Shown here one piece after another: positions 18,998 through 27,981 of a stretch of 43,073 bases of DNA (its first letter is position 1; every line of letters begins with the position of its first letter). Below the pieces are notes generated by a model, which had not been told where the DNA came from, did not search any database, and worked only from the letters and a program-made list of their open reading frames with translations. This DNA is from Candidatus Woesearchaeota archaeon (lineage in GTDB: Archaea > Nanobdellota > Nanobdellia > SCGC-AAA011-G17 > ARS1403). Where the stretch lies: positions 1 through 43,073 of the forward strand of contig JACOZQ010000009.1 in the NCBI GenBank assembly GCA_016181275.1, in the 5' to 3' direction. Made by a program: the position numbers and the translations under genes.

Positions 18998-20268
18998 ATG
19001 CGAAACAAAAGAGGAGTAAATTCACTGCGGTAGAAGAATATGAAGGAAAATTAGCCAATGCATTTGAGTGCCAATCAGCCAGTATAATAATCTATAGCAT
19101 CAGTTATAATGAAAATTTAGAATTAATTTTGGAAAACTCTGGAGACATAGATCTTGTAGGAATTTTTGTTAAAGCAATTGGAGAAAAAGATGCAGATTCA
19201 AAAGAAGTTTCAATGGATTTAAAAATTCTTGACAAAAAGAAAATAAATATTGAGATCGATGCTAGAAAGACTGGAGACTTAAAAAATGTTGAAGTATTTC
19301 CTCTACTTGAATCAGGATTGTGCAGCTCATTCTCTTTATCAAAAAATTTTGAATATGATTTTCCAGATGAATTGGAAGATGCTCCAGAAAGTCCAGCTCA
19401 GAATTGCGAATCTCAGCTCGATATTGATAACATATTAAGTGTTGATTCATGCTCAGCTGAAAAACCATTCTACTGCAGCTCTGAAAGAGTTTTAGTGGAA
19501 AATTGCCAGAAATGCGGATGTCCAAATGGCTTGGAATGCACTCAGGATGGAACCTGCAAGGAAAGTATATGCAAGATAGTCAATGAAAAGGGAAGCCCCG
19601 AAGACAAGCTGGATATTGTTTTTATAGGGGATAACTTCAATAAGGATTATGCTAAATTTGGGAATGATGTCAATAGATTTATAGCTGCTTTATTGAAGTA
19701 TGAACCATTTGCCTCTGAGCAGAACAAGATTAATTTTTACAAAATTGAAAATGAAGATGATCTGGGATGTGGTTTTAACTGTGTTTCAAGCACGGGCGAG
19801 GAGGGAATATTTTGTTGTGATCTGGGAAAAATTGAAGAAGTTTCATCTCAATGCCCTAACGAGCAGGTTATGGTTATTTACAACGGAGATATATTGTGCG
19901 GATCTGCTTACTCAGGAAGGGGTGTTGTTTGCAATCTAGAGACCCCAACATTAGGATTTAGTATGAAAGAGAAAATTTTTGTTCATGAATTCGGGCATAC
20001 TTTTGGCAGATTGATGGACGAATCTTATAATTTTTATCTTGGGGCTGATGAAAACACTTATGTTAGAGGGCCTAATTGTGTTAGGGATTCTGCATGTCCT
20101 GAATGGGACGGACTTGGAGTTGGATGCTTTAAAGGATGCACATATAACAACCTTTATAGGCCATCGCAGTCATGCACTATAATGATGGGAGATTATTTCT
20201 GCGAAGAAGCTGACTTTAATCCTGTTGGAGAAAAGGCTTTAATTGAAAAAATGGCGGTATACCGATGA
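18998..20268 (+). pseudogene. Pilin-like N-terminal domain fused to an M64 (IgA peptidase-like) zinc metallopeptidase; 5' deletion/frameshift
   Basis: ATG 18998 gives MRNKRG|VNSLR*. The peptidase frame is open from ~18991 but has no start before TTG 19129. LDIVFIGDNF, HEFGHTFGRLMDE and YRPSQSCTIM are M64-like motifs. Confidence 0.7.
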
Positions 20269-20831
20269 AAAAAATAATGCTTTTAATTTTAGTTATCCCA
20301 TTAATTAGTGCTATAAATTCTGAGATGATTTATTTTTTGAATCTAAAATATGATGGAAGCAATATCGAGCTAATTAAAGCAAATGTAATAGACGGTTTTT
20401 ATAATATTAATAATGATGAGCATCTGCCATATAAGCTAGAGCTGTATTCTTTTGAAAAGGAGATTTTATTTAAAGGGTATTTTGAAATAGATAATAATGC
20501 TCGTTACGAAACTCTTTTAGATGGGAATTTTGATATTAAAGAAGCAGAAATTTTACCATTTAATATCGGAGTTTCTCTGCCCTACTTTAAGGAAGGAAGC
20601 TTTATTGAAATTTCTAAGAATAATGAGAGGTTGCTGGATATTGATGTTTCTGAATTTGCTGTGATCTGTGGTGATAAAAAATGTCAGCTGGATGAAAGAG
20701 AAACTTGCTTGAGTGATTGCAGAGAAGATATAAAGCAAAATAAAGTCCTCCCAGTGTGGTATTATTTGTTAATAGGAACAATTTTAATTTTTATAATTTA
20801 TTTAATATACAAAAAAAGATTAAGAAAATGA
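20265..20831 (+). CDS. Secreted protein with C-terminal membrane anchor, translationally coupled to the peptidase
   Basis: Signal peptide, CGDKKC...CLSDC motif, C-terminal TM plus KKRLRK; ATGA overlap. Confidence 0.75.
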   Translation: MKKIMLLILVIPLISAINSEMIYFLNLKYDGSNIELIKANVIDGFYNINNDEHLPYKLELYSFEKEILFKGYFEIDNNARYETLLDGNFDIKEAEILPFNIGVSLPYFKEGSFIEISKNNERLLDIDVSEFAVICGDKKCQLDERETCLSDCREDIKQNKVLPVWYYLLIGTILIFIIYLIYKKRLRK

Positions 20832-20875
20832 AAAGTTTAGTTAAATTTAAATATTACATTCCATTATAATCAACA

Positions 20876-21295
20876 ATGATAATCAGTCGGTTAATGAGTA
20901 AAAATTGCGACTATGTTTACGGCACGGATTCTGTGCAGAAAGCATCATATATAATGGCTACACATAATAGAGGTTTATTAGCTGTCTTAAAGAGCGAAGA
21001 AAAGAAGGTTGTCGTTGGTGTTCTTTCTAACAAAGATATTATTGATAAGGTTGTTGCAAAGAAAAAAGACACTGAAAAAATCACTGTTGACAAAATCATG
21101 ACGAGAAAATATATTTATGTTAATCAAAATGAAGTTACTTCCAAAGTAATGTTTTTGATGATTAATAATGGTATAAAAAGGATTCTAGTCGTCGATGATG
21201 AAGGAAATCTTATAGGTATAGTTGCCTCCACAGATATTATAAGGGCCATGCTCAAGTACAAGAAAAGATTATTGGATTTGGCTTTAGATTTTTAA
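20876..21295 (+). CDS. CBS-domain pair protein
   Basis: Two CBS repeats (VGVLSNKDII; LIGIVASTDII). Confidence 0.9.
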   Translation: MIISRLMSKNCDYVYGTDSVQKASYIMATHNRGLLAVLKSEEKKVVVGVLSNKDIIDKVVAKKKDTEKITVDKIMTRKYIYVNQNEVTSKVMFLMINNGIKRILVVDDEGNLIGIVASTDIIRAMLKYKKRLLDLALDF

Positions 21296-21325
21296 AATTA
21301 AGAAGTTTTTAATAGGAATTTCATA

Positions 21326-22447
21326 TCACAAGAACATATAAAGCAGGCTAAACATACCTGCGAGGAAAAAGCTGCTTTCCAGATTTCCAATCCATAAAAC
21401 CAGGAGCAATATTCCAATTCTTCCGAGGGAATAATAAATGCCCCTCATTATAAAATATTCCCCTCTATTCTTCGATTTGTCATACATTAAGGCAGAAAAA
21501 GGGAGCTCAGCAGTCATTGAACTAAAGCCGCCAAAGAGATATAATCCAACTAAATGTAGCATATTTCTTATAAATAATTTTAATACCCAAGATGCACAAT
21601 TAAAAATGCTTCCAATTTTTACTATTAATCTTCTATCGTACCTATCACTTATCTTCCCTATTATAAAAGTGAACAACAAAGTGAAAATAGAAACTATCGT
21701 AGCCAATCCACCTAGCTTAAGGTATCCATTTAAAAAAGAGAATACAAATATTGGCCAGAAAATTCCGCCAACTACGCCAACACCGCCATTCCCGAAATAA
21801 GCAATTCCATCTTTCAAAAATTTTATATTGAATATCTCTTTGAATTTAACCATCATTCTTTTATTTTTATATTTGCAGAAGAACATTGGAACAGAGCTTC
21901 CAAATATTAATGCAGCTACAATGAAAAACAGCAAATCAAAGCCAGAAGCAAGCAGAAGACCTCCGCCGATTAAGGGCCCTATTAATCCAGAAAATAAGCT
22001 CAGGTTGAACCAATTGCCGACTTCTTTTCCTCTCTCTTTATAGTCGCTAGCTTCAGAAAATTCAAAATGAAATCCGAGCCAAAAAAATGAATCGGCAATT
22101 CCGAGCAAAAATGGAGCTAAATAAAAAAGCCATGTATAGGAAGGAATTAAATCCAGCAGAATAAAATAAGAAATGTAGATAGGAGATGAAATCAAAGTTA
22201 TATACTTGAATGAAAAAATATCAACTAATTTTGAGCTTGGAATTACAAACAATCCATATGAGATGCTATAAATCAAATAAAACAAAATAAGATGGCTCAA
22301 GCTGTATTTCAGCTCAATAAAAAGATATAATGGAACAAATATTCCGACCATGCTAAAAGCAAGATCTCTTAAAACAACAGAAGTATATAGTGCATTTAGT
22401 TCACTTCTCAATAAAAATCTTATATAATGTATTCTGTGCTCAAGCAT
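21326..22447 (-). CDS. MFS transporter
   Basis: About 11-12 TM segments; motif A-like GKISDRYDRR. Confidence 0.85.
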   Translation of the reverse strand: MLEHRIHYIRFLLRSELNALYTSVVLRDLAFSMVGIFVPLYLFIELKYSLSHLILFYLIYSISYGLFVIPSSKLVDIFSFKYITLISSPIYISYFILLDLIPSYTWLFYLAPFLLGIADSFFWLGFHFEFSEASDYKERGKEVGNWFNLSLFSGLIGPLIGGGLLLASGFDLLFFIVAALIFGSSVPMFFCKYKNKRMMVKFKEIFNIKFLKDGIAYFGNGGVGVVGGIFWPIFVFSFLNGYLKLGGLATIVSIFTLLFTFIIGKISDRYDRRLIVKIGSIFNCASWVLKLFIRNMLHLVGLYLFGGFSSMTAELPFSALMYDKSKNRGEYFIMRGIYYSLGRIGILLLVLWIGNLESSFFLAGMFSLLYMFL

Positions 22448-22448
22448 T

Positions 22449-23270
22449 TTATATCTCCATCAATTTCCCAGCGATTAAATTGCTGACATCAATCTTGTTA
22501 GTTTCATGCACCACCGTATTAGAGCTCACGATTTTATTAGCTTTTGCTTTTAATTTTTCATAAGAATCTTCATTGAACAGTCCATGCACAGCCAGTATAT
22601 TTATTTTATCAGATTTTAAATTCTCAAGATTATTCAGCATGCTTTCTCCAGTAGAGATTATATCATCAACCAGCAGGATTTCATCAGAGTACTCTATTCT
22701 TTCTTTTTTATTTTTATTATAGAGGGCGGCAGAGCTATCAGAATGTTTTGCAAGCTTCCAAGCTCTCTCTCCAAAGCCGATTATTTTGCAATTGGAAAAA
22801 TTTTCTTTTACATATTTTCTTAGCAGTTCACCGCATTTCAAATTGTAGAATGGTATAGAAAATAATTTTCCAGGAAGGTTGTGCTGATGCAAATGAGATT
22901 CAATGCTGATAACTTTGTCAACATTTCTATTAAGTAAATCACATACTGTACTTTGTTGAATGCATTCGAATTTTTCTTTTCTGATATCCTCTCTAAAAAA
23001 AGCCATATAAGGAGCAACATAAATTATTTCTTTAGCTCCCAAATTCCTGGCTGAACTGGCAGCATATAAAACTTCAAATAAAGAATGGTTTGGATAAGGA
23101 TATAAGCTCTGAACAAGAATTACTTTCTGGTTTTTTAACTCATTACTAAATTTCACATGGAGCTCGCCGTCAGCAGAATCCCTAAGATGCAAGTCATCAT
23201 AGTCAACGTTTAATTTCCTCGCAATTTTCTCCGCAAGTTCTTTGCTATTACTCAAACCAGCAATTATCAT
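22449..23270 (-). CDS. prs: Ribose-phosphate pyrophosphokinase-like protein with degenerate motifs
   Basis: DGELHVK, APYMAFFRED, LVDDIISTGES, AVHGLF. Start moved to ATG 23270. Confidence 0.75.
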   Translation of the reverse strand: MIIAGLSNSKELAEKIARKLNVDYDDLHLRDSADGELHVKFSNELKNQKVILVQSLYPYPNHSLFEVLYAASSARNLGAKEIIYVAPYMAFFREDIRKEKFECIQQSTVCDLLNRNVDKVISIESHLHQHNLPGKLFSIPFYNLKCGELLRKYVKENFSNCKIIGFGERAWKLAKHSDSSAALYNKNKKERIEYSDEILLVDDIISTGESMLNNLENLKSDKINILAVHGLFNEDSYEKLKAKANKIVSSNTVVHETNKIDVSNLIAGKLMEI

Positions 23271-23313
23271 CACCAATAAAAATCTTATAAAATATATAAG
23301 CTTTATCAAAAAA

Positions 23314-24300
23314 TTATTCAAGATCTTTAACAGAAATTTTATATGATTCTAATCTGGCAGGGTCAATTACTCGAAAAGCCCCTCGAGCATTAGAGCTAGT
23401 GCAATCCTCATAAAATATATGAAGATCATCTAAAGAATGTTGCATTTTAAGAATCCTTTCATAATTTCCTATGTTTCTTCCTTTGAAAACGACGGGTAAA
23501 AAATGATCAGTAATCCTTTCATCAGAATACATAGCATTTTCATTATAAATAGGAGTATATGCCACAATTCCAATATGATTGGTCCAACGGAAATGTAATT
23601 CTAAATCGCGATTTTCAGTAAGATCGGCCTGAATAATATTTTCAATTTTACTATTCTTCAATCTAAAAGAAGTATCACATCCCATTCCACCAAAATGATA
23701 ATTATAACCAACATCGACATATCCATTTCTAGAAATAATTCTTGGCATAGACATATCACTATGAATTAAAAATCTCGGTCCAAAATTTTCACTAAACCTA
23801 ACTGGAGAATATATCAAAGAGGAAGTCACAATAGAATTAAAAGGAATAGAGAAAATCATTCCATTAATATATTTATTTTCCTTTGGGTCATTATGAATAT
23901 ATTCGGCATTTTTTCCATTTTCTCGATTTAATTCTCTGACACTTTTTCCAACAAAATCACAAGTAACTCCTTCAACACCCCTTAGTTCTGGGTCGCATCT
24001 TGCAATTAATATATCCTTATCTTCAATAGTCTCCCAATCTTTTTCAGTGTGGAAATAAACATGATCTCCATCAGTGGCCATACTTTTTAAAGAATCAAAA
24101 TTAAATTTCATTAAAGAAATTTGTCTACCATTTCTTAAATTAAAAACATTTACATCACCATAAAAGTCATAAGCAAAAAATGTGTCATTAACAACAATAA
24201 ACTTATCTGTAGCTCTATAAGTCTCAGGCAATTCAAAAGAACCATCATGTTGAAGAACAATCACTTTATTTTCTAAATCTTCTTTAACCGATTCAATCAT
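23314..24300 (-). CDS. Hypothetical protein (beta-rich)
   Basis: 328-aa ORF in operon orientation; no recognised motif. Confidence 0.65.
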   Translation of the reverse strand: MIESVKEDLENKVIVLQHDGSFELPETYRATDKFIVVNDTFFAYDFYGDVNVFNLRNGRQISLMKFNFDSLKSMATDGDHVYFHTEKDWETIEDKDILIARCDPELRGVEGVTCDFVGKSVRELNRENGKNAEYIHNDPKENKYINGMIFSIPFNSIVTSSLIYSPVRFSENFGPRFLIHSDMSMPRIISRNGYVDVGYNYHFGGMGCDTSFRLKNSKIENIIQADLTENRDLELHFRWTNHIGIVAYTPIYNENAMYSDERITDHFLPVVFKGRNIGNYERILKMQHSLDDLHIFYEDCTSSNARGAFRVIDPARLESYKISVKDLE

Positions 24301-24353
24301 ATCAATTGGATATAGTGTTATTATTTAAGCATTATTGTATTAAAAAATAATCT

Positions 24354-25574
24354 TTAAACAAACTCAGATAATTTCATCTGTGTTCTTAATTTTCTCAGCA
24401 TCAAACTCTGATTATAAACTCTCTCGATGTTGAAATTAAACTTTCTAATTATTAATTGTTTAACATGTTCCAGCATTTCTTGTCTTGTCTCAAATTCAAT
24501 AAATTTATTTTCCAGGGCTTTTCTTGCAGCACTGCGAACTACCCACACGCCCAGACTGTCAGTGTACTCAGGTGTCTCAAATCTAATAACCAAGACAGAT
24601 GCCTGTTTTCTTATCTTGCTTAAATATTCCAACACACCGATTCTGCTCGCATAATATCCTCCAGCAGTATTCTCGGCATAATTTTTCCTGCCGTCATACC
24701 ATTCATTATCCGTCGAGAATTCTATCTTTCCTGAAAAATTCCAGACAGCACCAGGCAGATACCCTTCAAATAATTCATAGCTCCAGACTTCAGGAAAGAG
24801 CATTATATAATAATAGTTTCCAAAAAAATTACCGGTAAAAAGATGAAATTTATCAACAGTAGGAAAATCTTTTATTTCGTCAATGAATTTTTTCCCGATT
24901 ATATCGTCGACAGCAGTTATAGACCAGCGTGTAGGAACTAATTTTCTATTCTTTTTTAGTCCAAGCCCGCCAATGCTAAGTAATTTAGTCAGAAAATTCT
25001 CGTCAATTTCTCTATCATACAAATAATTAATTCCTTCATCAGCTTTCAAGTCGATGTCATTAAAAACTTTTTCAACTGAATTAAGAACTTTAACGTTCTC
25101 GGTTATCTTTATTTTTTTTAATCCGGCAGCAGGACCCATAGGCATAGTTATTTTATCTTTATAATCATGCAAATTAGGTTTTTTATTTAAATAAATCTCG
25201 ACGTCAACAGGTTTATATCCCAAAGCAATCTCTTTTGCAATATCAAGAAATTTATTCTCGCTTCTGGCGTCTTTAACACTGGATTTAAACCTAGAATTAA
25301 TCAGGCTTCCACGGTAAGAAACAACGTCTTTGATTGAAGTTTCAGAACCAGCCCAATATTTTGGATTATCAAGTATCCATGAATCCTCATCGAAAACAGG
25401 TGGGCTTAAGATTCCAACGTTTACATTTGGATATTTTAATTTACTTCCGACAAAAACACTCGGTGGACTTGATCCGAAGAAATTATCTTTTCCGAGTTCT
25501 TTGATTGAGCTGAAAACATTTTTAACTTTTAATTGCAATTCAACATCTTTCCATTTAGGTCTTGAAACAAGCAT
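24354..25574 (-). CDS. nreA: Nre family DNA repair protein with C-terminal PIP box
   Basis: GSSPPSVFVG, RKLVPTRWSITAVDD, GGYYASR, LGVWVVR, C-terminal QMKLSEF. Start moved to ATG 25574. Confidence 0.9.
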   Translation of the reverse strand: MLVSRPKWKDVELQLKVKNVFSSIKELGKDNFFGSSPPSVFVGSKLKYPNVNVGILSPPVFDEDSWILDNPKYWAGSETSIKDVVSYRGSLINSRFKSSVKDARSENKFLDIAKEIALGYKPVDVEIYLNKKPNLHDYKDKITMPMGPAAGLKKIKITENVKVLNSVEKVFNDIDLKADEGINYLYDREIDENFLTKLLSIGGLGLKKNRKLVPTRWSITAVDDIIGKKFIDEIKDFPTVDKFHLFTGNFFGNYYYIMLFPEVWSYELFEGYLPGAVWNFSGKIEFSTDNEWYDGRKNYAENTAGGYYASRIGVLEYLSKIRKQASVLVIRFETPEYTDSLGVWVVRSAARKALENKFIEFETRQEMLEHVKQLIIRKFNFNIERVYNQSLMLRKLRTQMKLSEFV

Positions 25575-25669
25575 AAAAATTATAATGAAATAAATTATAT
25601 ATGTCTTACGGATATGTGTCAGATAAAAATTTTTTGAGATAATTTTTAAAAAAACAAGCAAAGCCAAAA

Positions 25670-25718
25670 TCGTTTCTTTTGCACTTAATTTTCTTTTTAA
25701 AAGAAAAGTAAGAAGCGA
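25670..25718. repeat. REP/MITE-like intergenic inverted repeat
   Basis: CTTAATTTTCTTTT-T-AAAAGAAAAGTAAG (13/14 arm match, 25684-25712), extended by TCGTTTCT/AGAAGCGA. Confidence 0.6.
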
Positions 25719-25768
25719 AGCGTTTCAAAACAAAAACTTATATATACTAAAATAATCTTTCAATTATT

Positions 25769-26188
25769 ATGAATGGTTTGGGAAAATACAGGAGGGCATT
25801 GCATTACCTAAATAATCTGGAAGAAACAGTAAACATTGATATAAAAGATTTCAAGCAAATACAAGAGTTAAAGGAAAAATTAAAGCATACAGGATATAAA
25901 CTAAGGTCTTTGGAAACTACAAGGGCAATATTTTTTATTTTGCTGTATTCGTCAGTTGTCTCAGCATTCTCGACTTTGGTCCCGGGTTTAGAGACAGTAG
26001 CAGGAAAATTAGTTAAGTTTGGATCAATTATAGGATCAACAATAAGCTTGATAATAATTGGTATTTCATCAAAAGCAATTTCAACATATGTTTTAGATTT
26101 AAACATAATAACATCGCATCTAATTTCAATATACACAAAAAATGGAGCAAGAGCCACATTACGGAAAAAGAAAAAGCAAAAGAGATAA
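25769..26188 (+). CDS. Hypothetical membrane protein (2 TM)
   Basis: Two hydrophobic segments; TATA-like TTATATA ~30 nt upstream. Confidence 0.7.
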   Translation: MNGLGKYRRALHYLNNLEETVNIDIKDFKQIQELKEKLKHTGYKLRSLETTRAIFFILLYSSVVSAFSTLVPGLETVAGKLVKFGSIIGSTISLIIIGISSKAISTYVLDLNIITSHLISIYTKNGARATLRKKKKQKR

Positions 26189-26308
26189 GAAAGCTAAAAG
26201 ACGTTTCAGAGTTTACAAAAAGGGCGGAAAAAACAGGGTAAACAATTAATCTATTGCTTTCAAAAGATTTTTCTATAAAATATAAATGGAGTTTATAATC
26301 AATAGAAA

Positions 26309-27073
26309 TTATTTTTTTAATTTTCTTTTGGCTTTTTTCTTGAAAATTTTTTTGGGGAATTTTCTTTTAGAATGTTTAGAAATAGTTTTTCGTTTGGAAA
26401 CTTTTTTTTTGAGAGTTTTCTTTGGCTTTTTTTTCGCAGGTTTTTTTCTTTTTGTCTTAGTTTTTTTAACGATTCTCCTAATAGGTTTTTTCAGTTTTCT
26501 TTTGTCCCTCTTTTTACTTGCCTCAATTTTCTTTAATTCCTCTTCTCTTTTCTCAGTAAGTATCTTATTTACCTCATTTATCTCTTTCTCGAGCTCATCA
26601 ATTGTTCTCATCATGTTTTGGATTTTTCTTGTATTATTTTCTTGGACTAAAACTTTATCACATTCAGGGCATTTGAATCCATGCTCGATAGCCTGCTCAA
26701 GCAAGAATCTTACATCGTTATCGGGACAGCTGAAATATTGTCCAGTTTCTTCTTTCTTCAATAAATTCTTAAGGATTTCAAGTCTTTTATTTTTGTGAGT
26801 CAATGCAACATTCAAAGCCCGATCAGGATAAAAATCCCAATAGTAAATATACCATCCTTTTTTCTTGTCTTTTTTTCTTGTAAAATCAACCAAGCTATAA
26901 GAATATAACCTATAAAGCATATTTCTTGTCTGATTCACAGTTATGTTTAGTTTTTCAGCAAGTTTGAATTCGCTAACATTGGATTTTTTTCTCAAATATT
27001 GAAGAAGATTAAGAACATCCTTGCCGATAATTTCCGAGATGAAATCATCAGTAATTTTATCTAAAATATTCAT
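26309..27073 (-). CDS. tfe: Transcription factor E alpha with long Lys/Arg-rich C-terminal tail
   Basis: SEFKLAEKL...RNMLYRL...KKGWYIYYW winged helix; CPDND...CPEC ribbon. Confidence 0.9.
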   Translation of the reverse strand: MNILDKITDDFISEIIGKDVLNLLQYLRKKSNVSEFKLAEKLNITVNQTRNMLYRLYSYSLVDFTRKKDKKKGWYIYYWDFYPDRALNVALTHKNKRLEILKNLLKKEETGQYFSCPDNDVRFLLEQAIEHGFKCPECDKVLVQENNTRKIQNMMRTIDELEKEINEVNKILTEKREEELKKIEASKKRDKRKLKKPIRRIVKKTKTKRKKPAKKKPKKTLKKKVSKRKTISKHSKRKFPKKIFKKKAKRKLKK

Positions 27074-27194
27074 ATATGAAATAAAATCCAGGAAAACAAT
27101 TTAAATAAGTTTCGATTTTAATTCACTACATAAAAATAATAAGAAAAGTTTAATAAAGAAAGGAATTTTTCACGTAATTATCTGGTGATTACAA

Positions 27195-27587
27195 ATGTCG
27201 TTATTCAAAAAAAAAGATGAAATGAAGCAAAAAATCAAGCCGCCTGTTTTTCCAGGACTTCCAGAGCATAATTTTCCAATTTATGAGCCAACTTTTCCTT
27301 CTTCTCCTGAAAGCATAAAAAGAGCTATTCAAGATTTTCCAGAAGTAAGAGAAAGACCAATGATTATGCCTGAAGAGAAAGCAATCTTTGTCAAAGTTGA
27401 CAAGTACAAAGAAGCAATAGATACTTTAGAAGTAATAAAAGAAAAATTAAAAACAGCTCAATCAGTTCTAAATGAATTAAAAGACTTGAAGAAAAAAGAA
27501 GAAGCTGAGTTGGAAGAATGGCAAAGTAGTATAAATGATATAAAAGAAAAATTAACATTGGTTGATAATAATCTGTTTGAAGTGTGA
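27195..27587 (+). CDS. Hypothetical protein (Pro-rich N-terminus, coiled-coil C-terminus)
   Basis: SD-like GGTGA; IFVKVDKYKEAI...ELEEW coiled coil. Confidence 0.75.
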   Translation: MSLFKKKDEMKQKIKPPVFPGLPEHNFPIYEPTFPSSPESIKRAIQDFPEVRERPMIMPEEKAIFVKVDKYKEAIDTLEVIKEKLKTAQSVLNELKDLKKKEEAELEEWQSSINDIKEKLTLVDNNLFEV

Positions 27588-27588
27588 A

Positions 27589-27981
27589 ATGGTCGCAAAA
27601 AGCAAACTTCTCCATGCTAGAATACAAAACCCTCTGCTAGTTAGAAAAACTTTATTAGAGTCAGCAATATCGATAGCAGAAGTTCTAAAGTCAATGAGGA
27701 TATTAAAAAAAATATCTTCTGAAAAGAATAAAAGAAAAACAGAGCTCAAGAAACTCTTCGATGAGATAAGAATTTTAAGAACGAAGTTGGAAGAGCACGA
27801 GCTCCCGCCACTGTCAGAAATTAAAGATGAAAAAATAAGCAAGAAAGTACAAAAAAAAGAATTAATAAGTGAAGAAATTAGAAAGCAAAAGCAGCAAGAA
27901 AAGATGTTGAGCAAAGAATTAGAAAAATCAAGTTTGGACTTTGAAATAGATCAGTTAAAAGAAAAAATTAGAGGTCTTTAA
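27589..27981 (+). CDS. Hypothetical coiled-coil protein
   Basis: ATG 1 nt after the previous stop; charged helical sequence. Confidence 0.7.
   Translation: MVAKSKLLHARIQNPLLVRKTLLESAISIAEVLKSMRILKKISSEKNKRKTELKKLFDEIRILRTKLEEHELPPLSEIKDEKISKKVQKKELISEEIRKQKQQEKMLSKELEKSSLDFEIDQLKEKIRGL

Noticed and set aside
26286..26798. 170-aa Phe/Leu-rich plus-strand ORF resembling a membrane protein
   Set aside because: Antisense shadow of the Lys-rich tfe tail. The same applies to other antisense ORFs over K/E-rich genes such as 40366-40884, 27552-27914 and those inside leuS and alaS.
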